Below are positions 40,597 to 49,598 of a DNA stretch of 64,000 nucleotides, piece after piece. This DNA comes from Ignisphaera sp. GTDB taxonomy: Archaea; Thermoproteota; Thermoprotei_A; Sulfolobales; Ignisphaeraceae. Numbering within the stretch: position 1 is the first letter of the stretch; each line of letters begins with the position of its first letter. The notes below the pieces were generated by a model that saw nothing but the letters and a program-made list of their open reading frames with translations, made no database searches and had not been told where the DNA came from. A program made the translations under genes and the position numbers. Location: positions 151,667 through 215,666 of the forward strand of contig JAWAHS010000001.1 of assembly GCA_038889075.1 (NCBI GenBank), in the 5' to 3' direction.

Positions 40597-41475
40597 TTAA
40601 ATCTCTATCAACAGATCCTTCTTTCTACCTAGGTATCTATATGATGTATAGACTGTATAGGTGGCTGGGAAGATCTCTACAGCACTTTCTATAGGACCGT
40701 ATAACAGGAAGTCGGCTCCTAACGCTATTGTGGTTAGATTGCTTGCCAATTCACAAGCCTTTGTACCATCGATACCAAATCTTTCCTTAAAGGATTTTCT
40801 CTGTGATGAGATAGCATTGTGAGCCCCAGCACCGCATGGTAAGCCATATTTTGATTTGATTTCAATTAGTGTTCTTATGGCTGCTGAAAGGCTTGGGACA
40901 TCTATAACGAAGGTGTCTATGAGTACCTTTTCTATGCCGTAGTTTTTGGCTTTATCAAGGAGGAGTTCAAGGTTCTTTAGCCTGACGTCGATATCCACTA
41001 CTCGTTCTGTATAGAGCAGTAGTACAGATGATTTTATATTGAATTCTTGGAGAAGTGAAAATTCTTCATCTTTCGATTTAGCATTTAGAGAATTGAAGAT
41101 GACTCTATCATTGAGTCCTACATCTTTCACAAACTGAAATGCTGCCCTCATTGTCTCAATCGATAGTGCGTCGAGCATTATGGGCATTTTGGTTATGCTT
41201 GAAACGAAGTCTATGTATTTAACTATTGCATTAGGGGAGCTACTAACAACATCTAACATAGCAGGTATTCTTGTTTTATTGGAGAGTTCTTCAACTGTTT
41301 TAATAAGCTCTTCGGCAGCGGTCTTATCGAATTCACCATTCTTCTCATCTTTAACTACCTTATGTCTATGATAAAATATAGAGCCTACTAAAACAGGTGG
41401 GTTTTCCCAAGGAGCTCCTCCGATCCTAACTCCGCCTATCTCGTACACTTTTTGTATGCTTTTAAATCTAAACAC
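40597..41475 (-). CDS. mtrH: Stand-alone MtrH-like methyl-H4MPT:corrinoid methyltransferase
   Basis: MFRF...IGG.PWENPPVLVGSIFYHRH, FNSL, GLPCGAGAHN, GADFLLYGPIE. Confidence 0.85.
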   Translation of the reverse strand: MFRFKSIQKVYEIGGVRIGGAPWENPPVLVGSIFYHRHKVVKDEKNGEFDKTAAEELIKTVEELSNKTRIPAMLDVVSSSPNAIVKYIDFVSSITKMPIMLDALSIETMRAAFQFVKDVGLNDRVIFNSLNAKSKDEEFSLLQEFNIKSSVLLLYTERVVDIDVRLKNLELLLDKAKNYGIEKVLIDTFVIDVPSLSAAIRTLIEIKSKYGLPCGAGAHNAISSQRKSFKERFGIDGTKACELASNLTTIALGADFLLYGPIESAVEIFPATYTVYTSYRYLGRKKDLLIEI

Positions 41476-41502
41476 TGTGTTTCACCATGGTTGCAGGGTA
41501 TT

Positions 41503-41550
41503 CTGAGTTAGGGTAGTTATAAAAGTTTTATCCAGTAGTAAAGTTTTTAA
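41503..41550. promoter_or_regulatory. Back-to-back BRE/TATA promoters for mtrH (-) and the mer-Mrp-hydrogenase operon (+)
   Basis: Minus strand AAAACTTTTATAACTACCCTAAC; plus strand AAAGTTTTTAA about 30 nt before mer. Confidence 0.5.
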
Positions 41551-41579
41551 CCTCAGCCTCTTACACCATTTATGGTGTC

Positions 41580-42575
41580 ATGGTAGTGGAACTTAGATTT
41601 GGAATTGAGTTAGTCCCTTCATCACCTATTTCAGAGCTCGTTAACCTCTCTATACATGCTGAAAATCTCGGATTCAATTATGTCTGGATAACAGATCACT
41701 TTAACAATAGAAATGTCTATGTAACATTGACATCGATTGCATTGAATAGTAAGAAGATTATGCTCGGACCTGGTGTAACAAATCCCTATGTAATTAGCCC
41801 CGTCTGGACAGCATCGGCTGTGGCCTCACTAGATGAGGTATCCAATGGTAGAGCTGTCCTTGGTATCGGAGCTGGTGATAGGGCAACGCTTGAAAAGATA
41901 TCTATTGAATGGAAAAAACCTCTTGCAACAATTAGGGAAAGTGTTGAGATTATAAGGAAGCTGCTTAGGGGTGAGGTAGTTACATATAGTGGTGAAATCT
42001 TTAAAGTTTTTGGCGCGGCTCTGAACTATAAACCTGTACATGAGATACCTATATATATAGGTGCTCAGGCACCTAAAATGCTACAGCTAGCTGCATTACT
42101 GGGTGACGGTATACTGATAAATGCCTCTAACCCTAAAGACTATGAGTATGCGATGAATATTATTAGGGAAGGGGCTAAAGAAAGAATTGGGAAACTAGAT
42201 ATTGTTGCCTATACAAGCTTCTCGATAGACAGAGATAGATCTGTAGCTAGGAAAACTGTGAGACCGATAGTTGCATTTATTGTTGCTGGAGCACCAGAGG
42301 AGGTTCTCAGGAGACATGGAATAGATGTAGAGAAGGCTAAAGAGATAGGAGAAAATATATCGAAAGGAAGATTCAAGGACGCATTTTCACTTGTTACAGA
42401 TGAGATGATAGATGCATTCTCAATTTCAGGAACACCAACAGAGTGTATAGAAGTGTTAAATAGACTAGTAAAGCTTGGGGTTACCCAGATAGTATTTGGA
42501 TCACCTATAGGTAAGGATAAGAAGAGTGCATTAGAGCTAATAGCATCAGATGTAGTAGCACACTTTAAAGCATAG
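41580..42575 (+). CDS. mer: F420-dependent methylene-H4MPT reductase
   Basis: FGIELVP, WITDHFNNRNVY, GPGVTNPY, GIGAGD, GAQAPKML, LINAS, GSPIG. Confidence 0.93.
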   Translation: MVVELRFGIELVPSSPISELVNLSIHAENLGFNYVWITDHFNNRNVYVTLTSIALNSKKIMLGPGVTNPYVISPVWTASAVASLDEVSNGRAVLGIGAGDRATLEKISIEWKKPLATIRESVEIIRKLLRGEVVTYSGEIFKVFGAALNYKPVHEIPIYIGAQAPKMLQLAALLGDGILINASNPKDYEYAMNIIREGAKERIGKLDIVAYTSFSIDRDRSVARKTVRPIVAFIVAGAPEEVLRRHGIDVEKAKEIGENISKGRFKDAFSLVTDEMIDAFSISGTPTECIEVLNRLVKLGVTQIVFGSPIGKDKKSALELIASDVVAHFKA

Positions 42576-42602
42576 AATAATAGAAATAGGAAAGAGAGTG
42601 GG

Positions 42603-42899
42603 ATGAAGACCTTGAATTTTTTAGAGTCATGGGTAACAAATTTTTTAACCATTGCAATGTTTTTCTACTTAGCTTCCTTTCTTCTATACCTTGTGAGACT
42701 ATTTAAAGGTCCTACCATTCCGGATATGGTCTTAGTTATAGATGCCTTAGGCTATGATTTAGCAGCATTTCTAATTATTCTCAGCATCCTTCTTAGAAGT
42801 CCAATACTAATTCCATGTGCAATTGTTTTAACGCTATGGATCTACGCACTAGATATATATGTGGCTAAGTATCTAGAAGCAAAGGAAATGGGTGAATAG
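42603..42899 (+). CDS. Mrp Na+/H+ antiporter subunit F (MbhB-like)
   Basis: RLFKGPTIPD...D, AKYLE. Confidence 0.88.
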   Translation: MKTLNFLESWVTNFLTIAMFFYLASFLLYLVRLFKGPTIPDMVLVIDALGYDLAAFLIILSILLRSPILIPCAIVLTLWIYALDIYVAKYLEAKEMGE

Positions 42900-43287
42900 T
42901 ATGGATGTAGAGTTGATTAACTGGATTCTTGTTGTAATTGGTCAGATACTTGTTGCTATAGGAGTCCTTTGCGATCTCATTGCGGCAATACTGATGATAA
43001 GATTTCCCAACTTCTATATAAGACTTCATGCACTAACTATTGGTAGTATCGGTGGTGCTATTATTCCAGCAATAGGTGCAGCGCTGATTGCATTTGGATC
43101 GCCATTTCTTGGTATGTTTAGATGGTTTGTAGCTGGTGGAGCTCTCGTTACAGCTCTATTTATATTTATACTTGGAGGTGCAGGAGCCCATGCAATAGCT
43201 AGAGCAGCCTATAAATCTAAAGTAGTCGCATATCAACCCTGTTATGTGAATCAGTTAGCAGAGGATAGAGGTGGGGATAAGTGTTAG
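42892..43287 (+). CDS. Mrp antiporter subunit G (MbhC-like)
   Basis: RFPNFYIRLHA, AHAIARAAY. Confidence 0.9.
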   Translation: MNSMDVELINWILVVIGQILVAIGVLCDLIAAILMIRFPNFYIRLHALTIGSIGGAIIPAIGAALIAFGSPFLGMFRWFVAGGALVTALFIFILGGAGAHAIARAAYKSKVVAYQPCYVNQLAEDRGGDKC

Positions 43288-43544
43288 AACTTGCTGACCT
43301 AGTATTTGTAATGCTCGGTATTTCAGCTCTATTAAGCATCCCAGCAACTATATTAGCAATAATATCTAGAGATCTCCTAAGAGCAGTCATATTTTCAGCA
43401 TTGCAAAGTACTATGTATACGCTAATGTTCTTTCTACTTATGGCCCCTGATATAGTTCTCGTTTATGTAGCAGTTTCAATTGGGTTTATGTCATTATTGA
43501 TAATACTATTGATAAAAAAGGTGGGGAGGTATGAAAGGTACTAG
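43281..43544 (+). CDS. MbhD/DUF4040-like membrane subunit
   Basis: RDLLRAV, LMAPDIVL. Confidence 0.85.
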   Translation: MLELADLVFVMLGISALLSIPATILAIISRDLLRAVIFSALQSTMYTLMFFLLMAPDIVLVYVAVSIGFMSLLIILLIKKVGRYERY

Positions 43545-44355
43545 GATTAGAGACGCAATATTTATTGCATCGATAGTATTCGCTGTAACTATTCTTGCTG
43601 TACCCACCCTCTTAGGTGCCCTAGGTCATATGCCACCGGTAGATGTAAGAACTATCGCTATCAAATATCTCAATAATACATACAATCCATTTAATCAGAG
43701 CATATGGACATCGTCACCTGAAGCAGTAACGGCGATTGTTTGGGACTATAGAGGGCTTGATACACTGTTTGAAACCGCAGTATTTTATAGTGCTATAATA
43801 GCAGCTTTAGCACTATATAGAGAGATTTTAGGAAAGAAGGATACGTTAGAGGGTAGAGGTCTATCGATAATAGTTCAGAGATCGACAGCGATATCAATGG
43901 TTGGAATTCTAGTAGTAGGTTTTGCAACTATTCTACATGGACAGTTAACTCCTGGTGGAGGTTTCCAAGGGGGAGCCATTGCTGCTGTTACATCAGTAGT
44001 TGCTATAGTTGTTTTCTCTAGACTCTTTATAGACAGATCTAGGCTATCATATAAACACCTTCTAGTAATTAGAAATACAGCATTAGTTGGTATAGCACTA
44101 ACTGCTATAATACCTCTAATCTTCCAGCTCTTCAGCAATCAAACGACCTTTATCTTTCAGAACCAGGGTAAAGCTATGAGCGGCTTTAGCTACCCTCATA
44201 CAATTGCTGATGCCCCTATGGGTGGCAGCATATGGTTCTATAACCTATTTGAGGGATTGGCTGTGGTTTCGGCATTCAGCTTAGCTATGATTATTGTCTT
44301 CTATAGTGAAGAGCTTTCAAGAAAGACTATAGAGGGTGAGGAGAGTGGGTTCTGA
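43531..44355 (+). CDS. Mrp antiporter subunit B (MbhE+F-like)
   Basis: VTAIVWDYRGLDTLFE, HGQLTPGGGFQGG. Confidence 0.9.
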   Translation: MKGTRIRDAIFIASIVFAVTILAVPTLLGALGHMPPVDVRTIAIKYLNNTYNPFNQSIWTSSPEAVTAIVWDYRGLDTLFETAVFYSAIIAALALYREILGKKDTLEGRGLSIIVQRSTAISMVGILVVGFATILHGQLTPGGGFQGGAIAAVTSVVAIVVFSRLFIDRSRLSYKHLLVIRNTALVGIALTAIIPLIFQLFSNQTTFIFQNQGKAMSGFSYPHTIADAPMGGSIWFYNLFEGLAVVSAFSLAMIIVFYSEELSRKTIEGEESGF

Positions 44356-44776
44356 ACTGCAGATATCTATGTATGTAATCGTAATAGTTTCACTATATGT
44401 GAACATAGCTGTATGTATGTATGGTGTTATATCCAAGCCCAATTTGGTAAAGAAATTAATATCTTTTACAATACTTCAAGATTCTATCAATGCATTCCTA
44501 ATACTTATAGGATATAGATTGTGGAAGCCTGGCATACTTCTACAACCACCTGTTCTCTTAGACTGGAATCCTACATCAGAAGTCTTAAAACAATTCTTAG
44601 AAAGAGCCGTAGATCCATTACCACAGGCACTAGTTCTAACAGCTATAGTGATAGGGTTAGCTGTAAACATATTTTTAGTTACAGCCATATTACACTTGTA
44701 TAGACATTTTAATACAGTTGATATGGATGAAATAGGGAAGCTGAAGAGGGTGGTAGTTGTTGAGGAGACTACTTAG
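44336..44776 (+). CDS. Mrp antiporter subunit C (MbhG-like)
   Basis: NLVKKLI, DPLPQALVLTAIVIG. Confidence 0.92.
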   Translation: MRRVGSELQISMYVIVIVSLYVNIAVCMYGVISKPNLVKKLISFTILQDSINAFLILIGYRLWKPGILLQPPVLLDWNPTSEVLKQFLERAVDPLPQALVLTAIVIGLAVNIFLVTAILHLYRHFNTVDMDEIGKLKRVVVVEETT

Positions 44777-45266
44777 AGCACTTCCGATATTTCTATTCTC
44801 CTTTTTGCTGTACCTAGTGTACTCTGGTTCACTAAAACTCTATGATATAGCTACAGGAATCGTCGTATCCATAGCTATAGGAATTATAATAGCACCTATA
44901 GTTGTTGAAAATTGGAGAAAGGCTCTGGATATCTCTAGGTTGTTCTATCTAATTAAGTACATTATAATCTACTTCCTAATATATGAAGTCAAGGCACATC
45001 TAAACGTTATAAAAATAGGTTTGAGCCCGTCCATACAGATAAAGCCTGGTATTGTTAGAGTACCTATACACTCTAAAAGTGGCTATGCCTTAACACTTGT
45101 ATCGCTATCTATAACAAATACCCCTGGTACAGTTGTTATTGATGTTGATGAAGAGAAAAACATTCTATATGTTAATTGGATCTATGTAACAACTACAAAA
45201 ACTGAGGATATGTATAGAGAAATCGCGGAGGAGTTTGATATATATGCAAAAAAGATTTTTGACTAG
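44757..45266 (+). CDS. Mrp antiporter subunit E (MbhA-like)
   Basis: IKPGIV, SITNTPGT, LYVNWI. Confidence 0.92.
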   Translation: MLRRLLRALPIFLFSFLLYLVYSGSLKLYDIATGIVVSIAIGIIIAPIVVENWRKALDISRLFYLIKYIIIYFLIYEVKAHLNVIKIGLSPSIQIKPGIVRVPIHSKSGYALTLVSLSITNTPGTVVIDVDEEKNILYVNWIYVTTTKTEDMYREIAEEFDIYAKKIFD

Positions 45267-46931
45267 GTGATCATTATGATGTTGCATGAAGTAGGTCTGA
45301 TTCCAATACTCTTAGTATTAGCTGCTTTTATCACACCGATCTTTTCGTTATTTACACGAAATAGATACTTCTATTCGACATACATGTTGATAGTGGCTAT
45401 CATAATCACACTTTTTTCTTATAAAACGATAGACGCTGTAATGAGAGGTCATATACTCGTCTATCCCTTTGGAGGATGGCCGCCACCTTTAGGTATAGTA
45501 TACACTGTGGACTTCATGAATGGTATCCTAGGTTTTCTAGCATCTATACTATTTCTAAAGATTTCCATCTATAGTTTTTGGTACTACGGAAAAGTTGCTG
45601 GATATGAGTGGCTTACAACCTTGATGTTGCTACTCATGGCCGGTGTTATGGGTTGCATATATACAGGTGATATATTCAACTTCTTTGTTATGCTTGAGGT
45701 ACTATGCATATCCTCATATGCTCTCGTATCATTCTTTAAGAGAAGGAGATGGGCTGTAGAGGCATCCATAAGCTATGCATTTATAGGAGCATTGGCAACA
45801 ACATTCTTCCTATTTGGGGTATCATTTATATATGCAGCTTATGGTACGCTGAATATAGCTGATATAGCTGCAAAGGCCCAAGGTATCGTGCCGGATACAA
45901 TTAGCTCATGGAGTGGGGTATGTGTTGGTGATGTGTGTTTTGGCAATATAGTGTTGGCGTCAGCTGTATCAATAGCTCTAACGCTATGGGCACTAACCTT
46001 TGAGGCAGGTCTCTTTCCAAATAACTACTGGCTTCCAAGCGCATATACTGAAGCACCGACACCTGCTTCCGCTCTATTTGCTGGAATAGTTGATAAGGTT
46101 GGTACATACGGTGTACTCAGGATAATGCTGACAATATTCTCTGGTGGCTCAATGCTGATGTTCAAAGTTTTTGAGATACCCTTTAGAGATCTTGTACTAA
46201 TGATTTTAAGTATGCTTGGTATAGTGTCAGGGTATCTGGGCTCACTCGTAATGGTTATACAAAGGGATGTGAAGAGATTCCTCTCTTACAGTACTATAAG
46301 CCACATAGGGCTACTCTTCATACCATTTATAGGTTTTACATCCAACCATCCTGAGGAGATCATGGCCAAGACACTTGCGGCGATACTATTCCATAGTATT
46401 GTACACGCCTTAAGCGAATCCATGCTATTTACAGGCTTTGGAACCTTGGCTACCATAGCAGGTAGTAGAAAAATAGATGATATGAGAGGTTATGGAAGGC
46501 GATATCCGGCCATAGCACTGGCTGTTACTATAGGGATGCTAAGTTTACTGGGTTTAGCGCCTCTTCCAGGCTTCTTTAGTAAATACATGATATTTCTACC
46601 AATGATAGAGGCATCTGCATACATACAAGCTCTATCAATCATAATCATCTCTGGGATCTCGGCTATAGGCTACTTTAGGGTAATCTATACACTATTTCTA
46701 CCTAAATTAGAGGATTCTAAGAAGAGTGAGTACGGGATTGTATTACCATCGATACTATGCATTAGTGTGGCATTAATTCTTTTAATACTTGGACTAACGT
46801 ATATAACGTATGATATTTACAGTATATTAGTGAGTGGTAGCAAAATGGTGGTATCTACTAATGGTATTAGGAAATACATAATGACTGTAGATTCGATCTA
46901 TCTGAAGCTATTTACCGCAGGTGGTGGATAG
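45267..46931 (+). CDS. Mrp antiporter subunit D (MbhH/NuoM-like)
   Basis: GGWPPPLGI, GDIFNFFVMLEV, WLPSAYTEAP, KRFLSYSTISH, PLPGFFSK. Confidence 0.92.
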   Translation: MIIMMLHEVGLIPILLVLAAFITPIFSLFTRNRYFYSTYMLIVAIIITLFSYKTIDAVMRGHILVYPFGGWPPPLGIVYTVDFMNGILGFLASILFLKISIYSFWYYGKVAGYEWLTTLMLLLMAGVMGCIYTGDIFNFFVMLEVLCISSYALVSFFKRRRWAVEASISYAFIGALATTFFLFGVSFIYAAYGTLNIADIAAKAQGIVPDTISSWSGVCVGDVCFGNIVLASAVSIALTLWALTFEAGLFPNNYWLPSAYTEAPTPASALFAGIVDKVGTYGVLRIMLTIFSGGSMLMFKVFEIPFRDLVLMILSMLGIVSGYLGSLVMVIQRDVKRFLSYSTISHIGLLFIPFIGFTSNHPEEIMAKTLAAILFHSIVHALSESMLFTGFGTLATIAGSRKIDDMRGYGRRYPAIALAVTIGMLSLLGLAPLPGFFSKYMIFLPMIEASAYIQALSIIIISGISAIGYFRVIYTLFLPKLEDSKKSEYGIVLPSILCISVALILLILGLTYITYDIYSILVSGSKMVVSTNGIRKYIMTVDSIYLKLFTAGGG

Positions 46932-48436
46932 TGGAGATACTTAAGTACATAGCTATAGTTGTAGCGCTACTTGTAATTGCAGCAAGCAGACTCAGAAGTA
47001 AAATTATGAAAAGTATCGGGTACTTAGTTCTTATTGCAATGCCGCTCTACTCAATTATTTCAGGAGGACCCTGGGACTTCACATCATCCATTATTGCAAC
47101 ACTAGCAGCTATAATAGGATTCGCATCATCAATGTATACAAATGGTTATCAGGAGCTTAAGTACGGCGGAGGTCATCTGCATATACTTATAGACGTATTC
47201 GCAGTAACGGTGTATACCACCTTTGTAGCAATGAATGTTATATCATTTATAGTGTGTTGGCTAATTGCAGAGATGGTTGGATTCTTTACCATAGTGTATG
47301 AGGTTGAGAGAAGGACGCTCGCAGCTGGACTAAGATATATAGCTGTATCCATGGTACCCTCAGATATGGCGTTAATGACTCTTTTAGCATCTCTATCTAT
47401 TAAAATGCCAATCACCGAAGCACTATTTACTCCAATTACTGAAGTAGCTCATCTGCTAAGCGGATTGCCCCCAGTACTATACATTATAATGGTACTAGGG
47501 TTCATAGCTAAGGCTGCTGTAATACCACTCCACTTTTGGCTTCCAGATGCACATTCACTTGCCCCAGCTCCAGCCTCGGCAATACTATCTGGTATTATGG
47601 TTAAAATGGGTGTATATGGTGTGCTCAGGGTGCTACCATCGATAGATACGGCCTATACGCCTACTATATTTCTATTCTTTGGCATTCTAACAAGTATCTA
47701 TGGAGGTCTTCTAGCGTTAGTACAAACAGATATTAAGAGAATCCTCGCATACAGTACAATTGAACATACGGGGCTCATAATATCCGTACTCATGCTGTAT
47801 AGGTTGTCCAACCTTTCAGTATTTTTAGAGGCTGCCTTAGCCATTATATGTTCGCATGCAATGTACAAAGCTGCACTATTCCTAAACTCAGGTTCCATTG
47901 AAGTCTACTCACATACAAGAGAGATATCCAAATTGGGTTATCTAGCAAGAGAAATACCTGCTGAGGCATTTTCAGCACTAATCTCTATTCTATCTTTAAT
48001 GGGAGTACCCCCAACAATAGGATTCATAGCAAAGCTGTACCTCCTCATCTCATTGCTGTCGTATTTAATTGTAAACCCAGTAGTAGGAACGGTAATTGTA
48101 GTCTCTACATCGGTCGCTATAGTACTGGCAGCAATATACAGCATTAGATATATTACCGTATATTGGGGTACATGGAGAGGTGGTACAGAGGCTAAGAAAA
48201 CGGGTATAGAGCTTTTAAGAAGATTGACTATATGGGAGTGCATACCTGCGTGGCTGGGTATTGTCGGTACACCTTTAGTCATAATTGCCATATGGGGAAT
48301 TGAGACAATGAAACCCGATATATTAGCACCACTACTTCTAGCTATCCTGCTATTTCTAGCACTTGTCTACTATATATACATGCGTCTAAGGACAGCATCA
48401 AGAGATATGCAGTGGCTTGGGGGTGCAGTACCGTGA
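46931..48436 (+). CDS. Antiporter-like hydrogenase membrane subunit (HyfB/HycC/NuoL-like)
   Basis: KAAVIPLHFWLPDAHSLAPAPASAILSGIMVKMG, KRILAYST, HAMYKAALF, PPTIGF. Confidence 0.9.
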   Translation: MEILKYIAIVVALLVIAASRLRSKIMKSIGYLVLIAMPLYSIISGGPWDFTSSIIATLAAIIGFASSMYTNGYQELKYGGGHLHILIDVFAVTVYTTFVAMNVISFIVCWLIAEMVGFFTIVYEVERRTLAAGLRYIAVSMVPSDMALMTLLASLSIKMPITEALFTPITEVAHLLSGLPPVLYIIMVLGFIAKAAVIPLHFWLPDAHSLAPAPASAILSGIMVKMGVYGVLRVLPSIDTAYTPTIFLFFGILTSIYGGLLALVQTDIKRILAYSTIEHTGLIISVLMLYRLSNLSVFLEAALAIICSHAMYKAALFLNSGSIEVYSHTREISKLGYLAREIPAEAFSALISILSLMGVPPTIGFIAKLYLLISLLSYLIVNPVVGTVIVVSTSVAIVLAAIYSIRYITVYWGTWRGGTEAKKTGIELLRRLTIWECIPAWLGIVGTPLVIIAIWGIETMKPDILAPLLLAILLFLALVYYIYMRLRTASRDMQWLGGAVP

Positions 48437-48729
48437 GCTATTCGATGGGATCTGTAATACAACGGTTAGTTGAACGTCTTCAGCGTCGAGTAGAGTATAC
48501 ACTTGTCCTCAGTAAAGGATTCTACAATATGATAGTGGGTAAAATAATTAAAGCACACAATTGTATTGCCAGAGAAGATGTTGCTATAAAAATACTAAAA
48601 TCTATCGCACTATTCATACTGAGGCTTCAGTGCAGCTTAGAGGATGCATTATCAGCTACATCAATTTTATTTGAACTCTTCACATCTATTTCAATAATAC
48701 TTGTGATGGTGCTGGTATGGCATTTGTAG
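48433..48729 (+). CDS. Small membrane-anchored protein of the hydrogenase operon
   Basis: GTG overlaps the upstream TGA (GTGA); amphipathic helix plus one C-terminal TM; ORF track 48412-48729. Confidence 0.6.
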   Translation: MSYSMGSVIQRLVERLQRRVEYTLVLSKGFYNMIVGKIIKAHNCIAREDVAIKILKSIALFILRLQCSLEDALSATSILFELFTSISIILVMVLVWHL

Positions 48730-49598
48730 AGACTGTGTTAGCCATAGTTACTTCAATGCTTCTATACATTTTTCTTCCACCTCTTCTTGACGGAATTGAG
48801 AGGAAAATTAGGGCAAAGATACAGACTCGCTATGGTCCTCCAACAATCCTGCAGACCTGGTATGACATAATAAAGCTTTCCTCTAAAGAACTTAGGATAC
48901 CTCCTACTCTACAATATAGCATATTTCTATTCATTCTCGCACTTTCACTTTCAATTACAACGCTGTATCTGCTATCCTATATTCTAATATCATTTGATAT
49001 ATACACACTGACGATAATTATTGTATTAATCATCTCTACACACAGCCTACTAATACTCGTAAGCACACTATCATCGAATCCATTCTCAATAATTGGTGTT
49101 TTTAGAGGCTTAACCATCGATATAGTGAATGAAATGGGATTCATAGCGTCCATACCCCTGTACTATTTATCTATAAAGACCTTTGATTCATCAGTAAAAT
49201 CTTTCATACTTCTACTATTCTCAATACTATTTATATTTATCGTATCCTATGTAGGTAGTAAGAGACTTCCATATGATTTGCACGAAGCTGAACCAGAATT
49301 AGCTTCAGGTTCAATAATCGAATTCTCAGGGCCGATGCTAGCACTCTATCTCTATCTACATCTCATTGATAGATATACCATAATTGCTCTACCCATAACG
49401 ATGGGGATAGGTATAGGATTAGCAGTAACACCATTTGTCTCACTGTTTTTCATTCATGTTATTGCTGCATTAGTATATATAATATTTGGTGCTGTTGCCG
49501 CACTTCTAGGACGGTCTAGAATTGATATAGCTGTCAAAACACTTATGCTTATATACTTATTAATCATTATAGCATGGATAGTGGTGAAGCTAATATGA
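48717..49598 (+). CDS. Hydrogenase membrane subunit HycD/NuoH-like
   Basis: GIERKIRAKIQTRYGPP, QTWYD..KL, RLPYDLHEAEPELASG. Confidence 0.92.
   Translation: MAFVETVLAIVTSMLLYIFLPPLLDGIERKIRAKIQTRYGPPTILQTWYDIIKLSSKELRIPPTLQYSIFLFILALSLSITTLYLLSYILISFDIYTLTIIIVLIISTHSLLILVSTLSSNPFSIIGVFRGLTIDIVNEMGFIASIPLYYLSIKTFDSSVKSFILLLFSILFIFIVSYVGSKRLPYDLHEAEPELASGSIIEFSGPMLALYLYLHLIDRYTIIALPITMGIGIGLAVTPFVSLFFIHVIAALVYIIFGAVAALLGRSRIDIAVKTLMLIYLLIIIAWIVVKLI

Noticed and set aside
45264-45269. TAG read-through (pyrrolysine) at abutting TAG-GTG junctions, here and at 52574-52579
   Set aside because: Each side is a complete, separately recognisable subunit; no pyl genes are present
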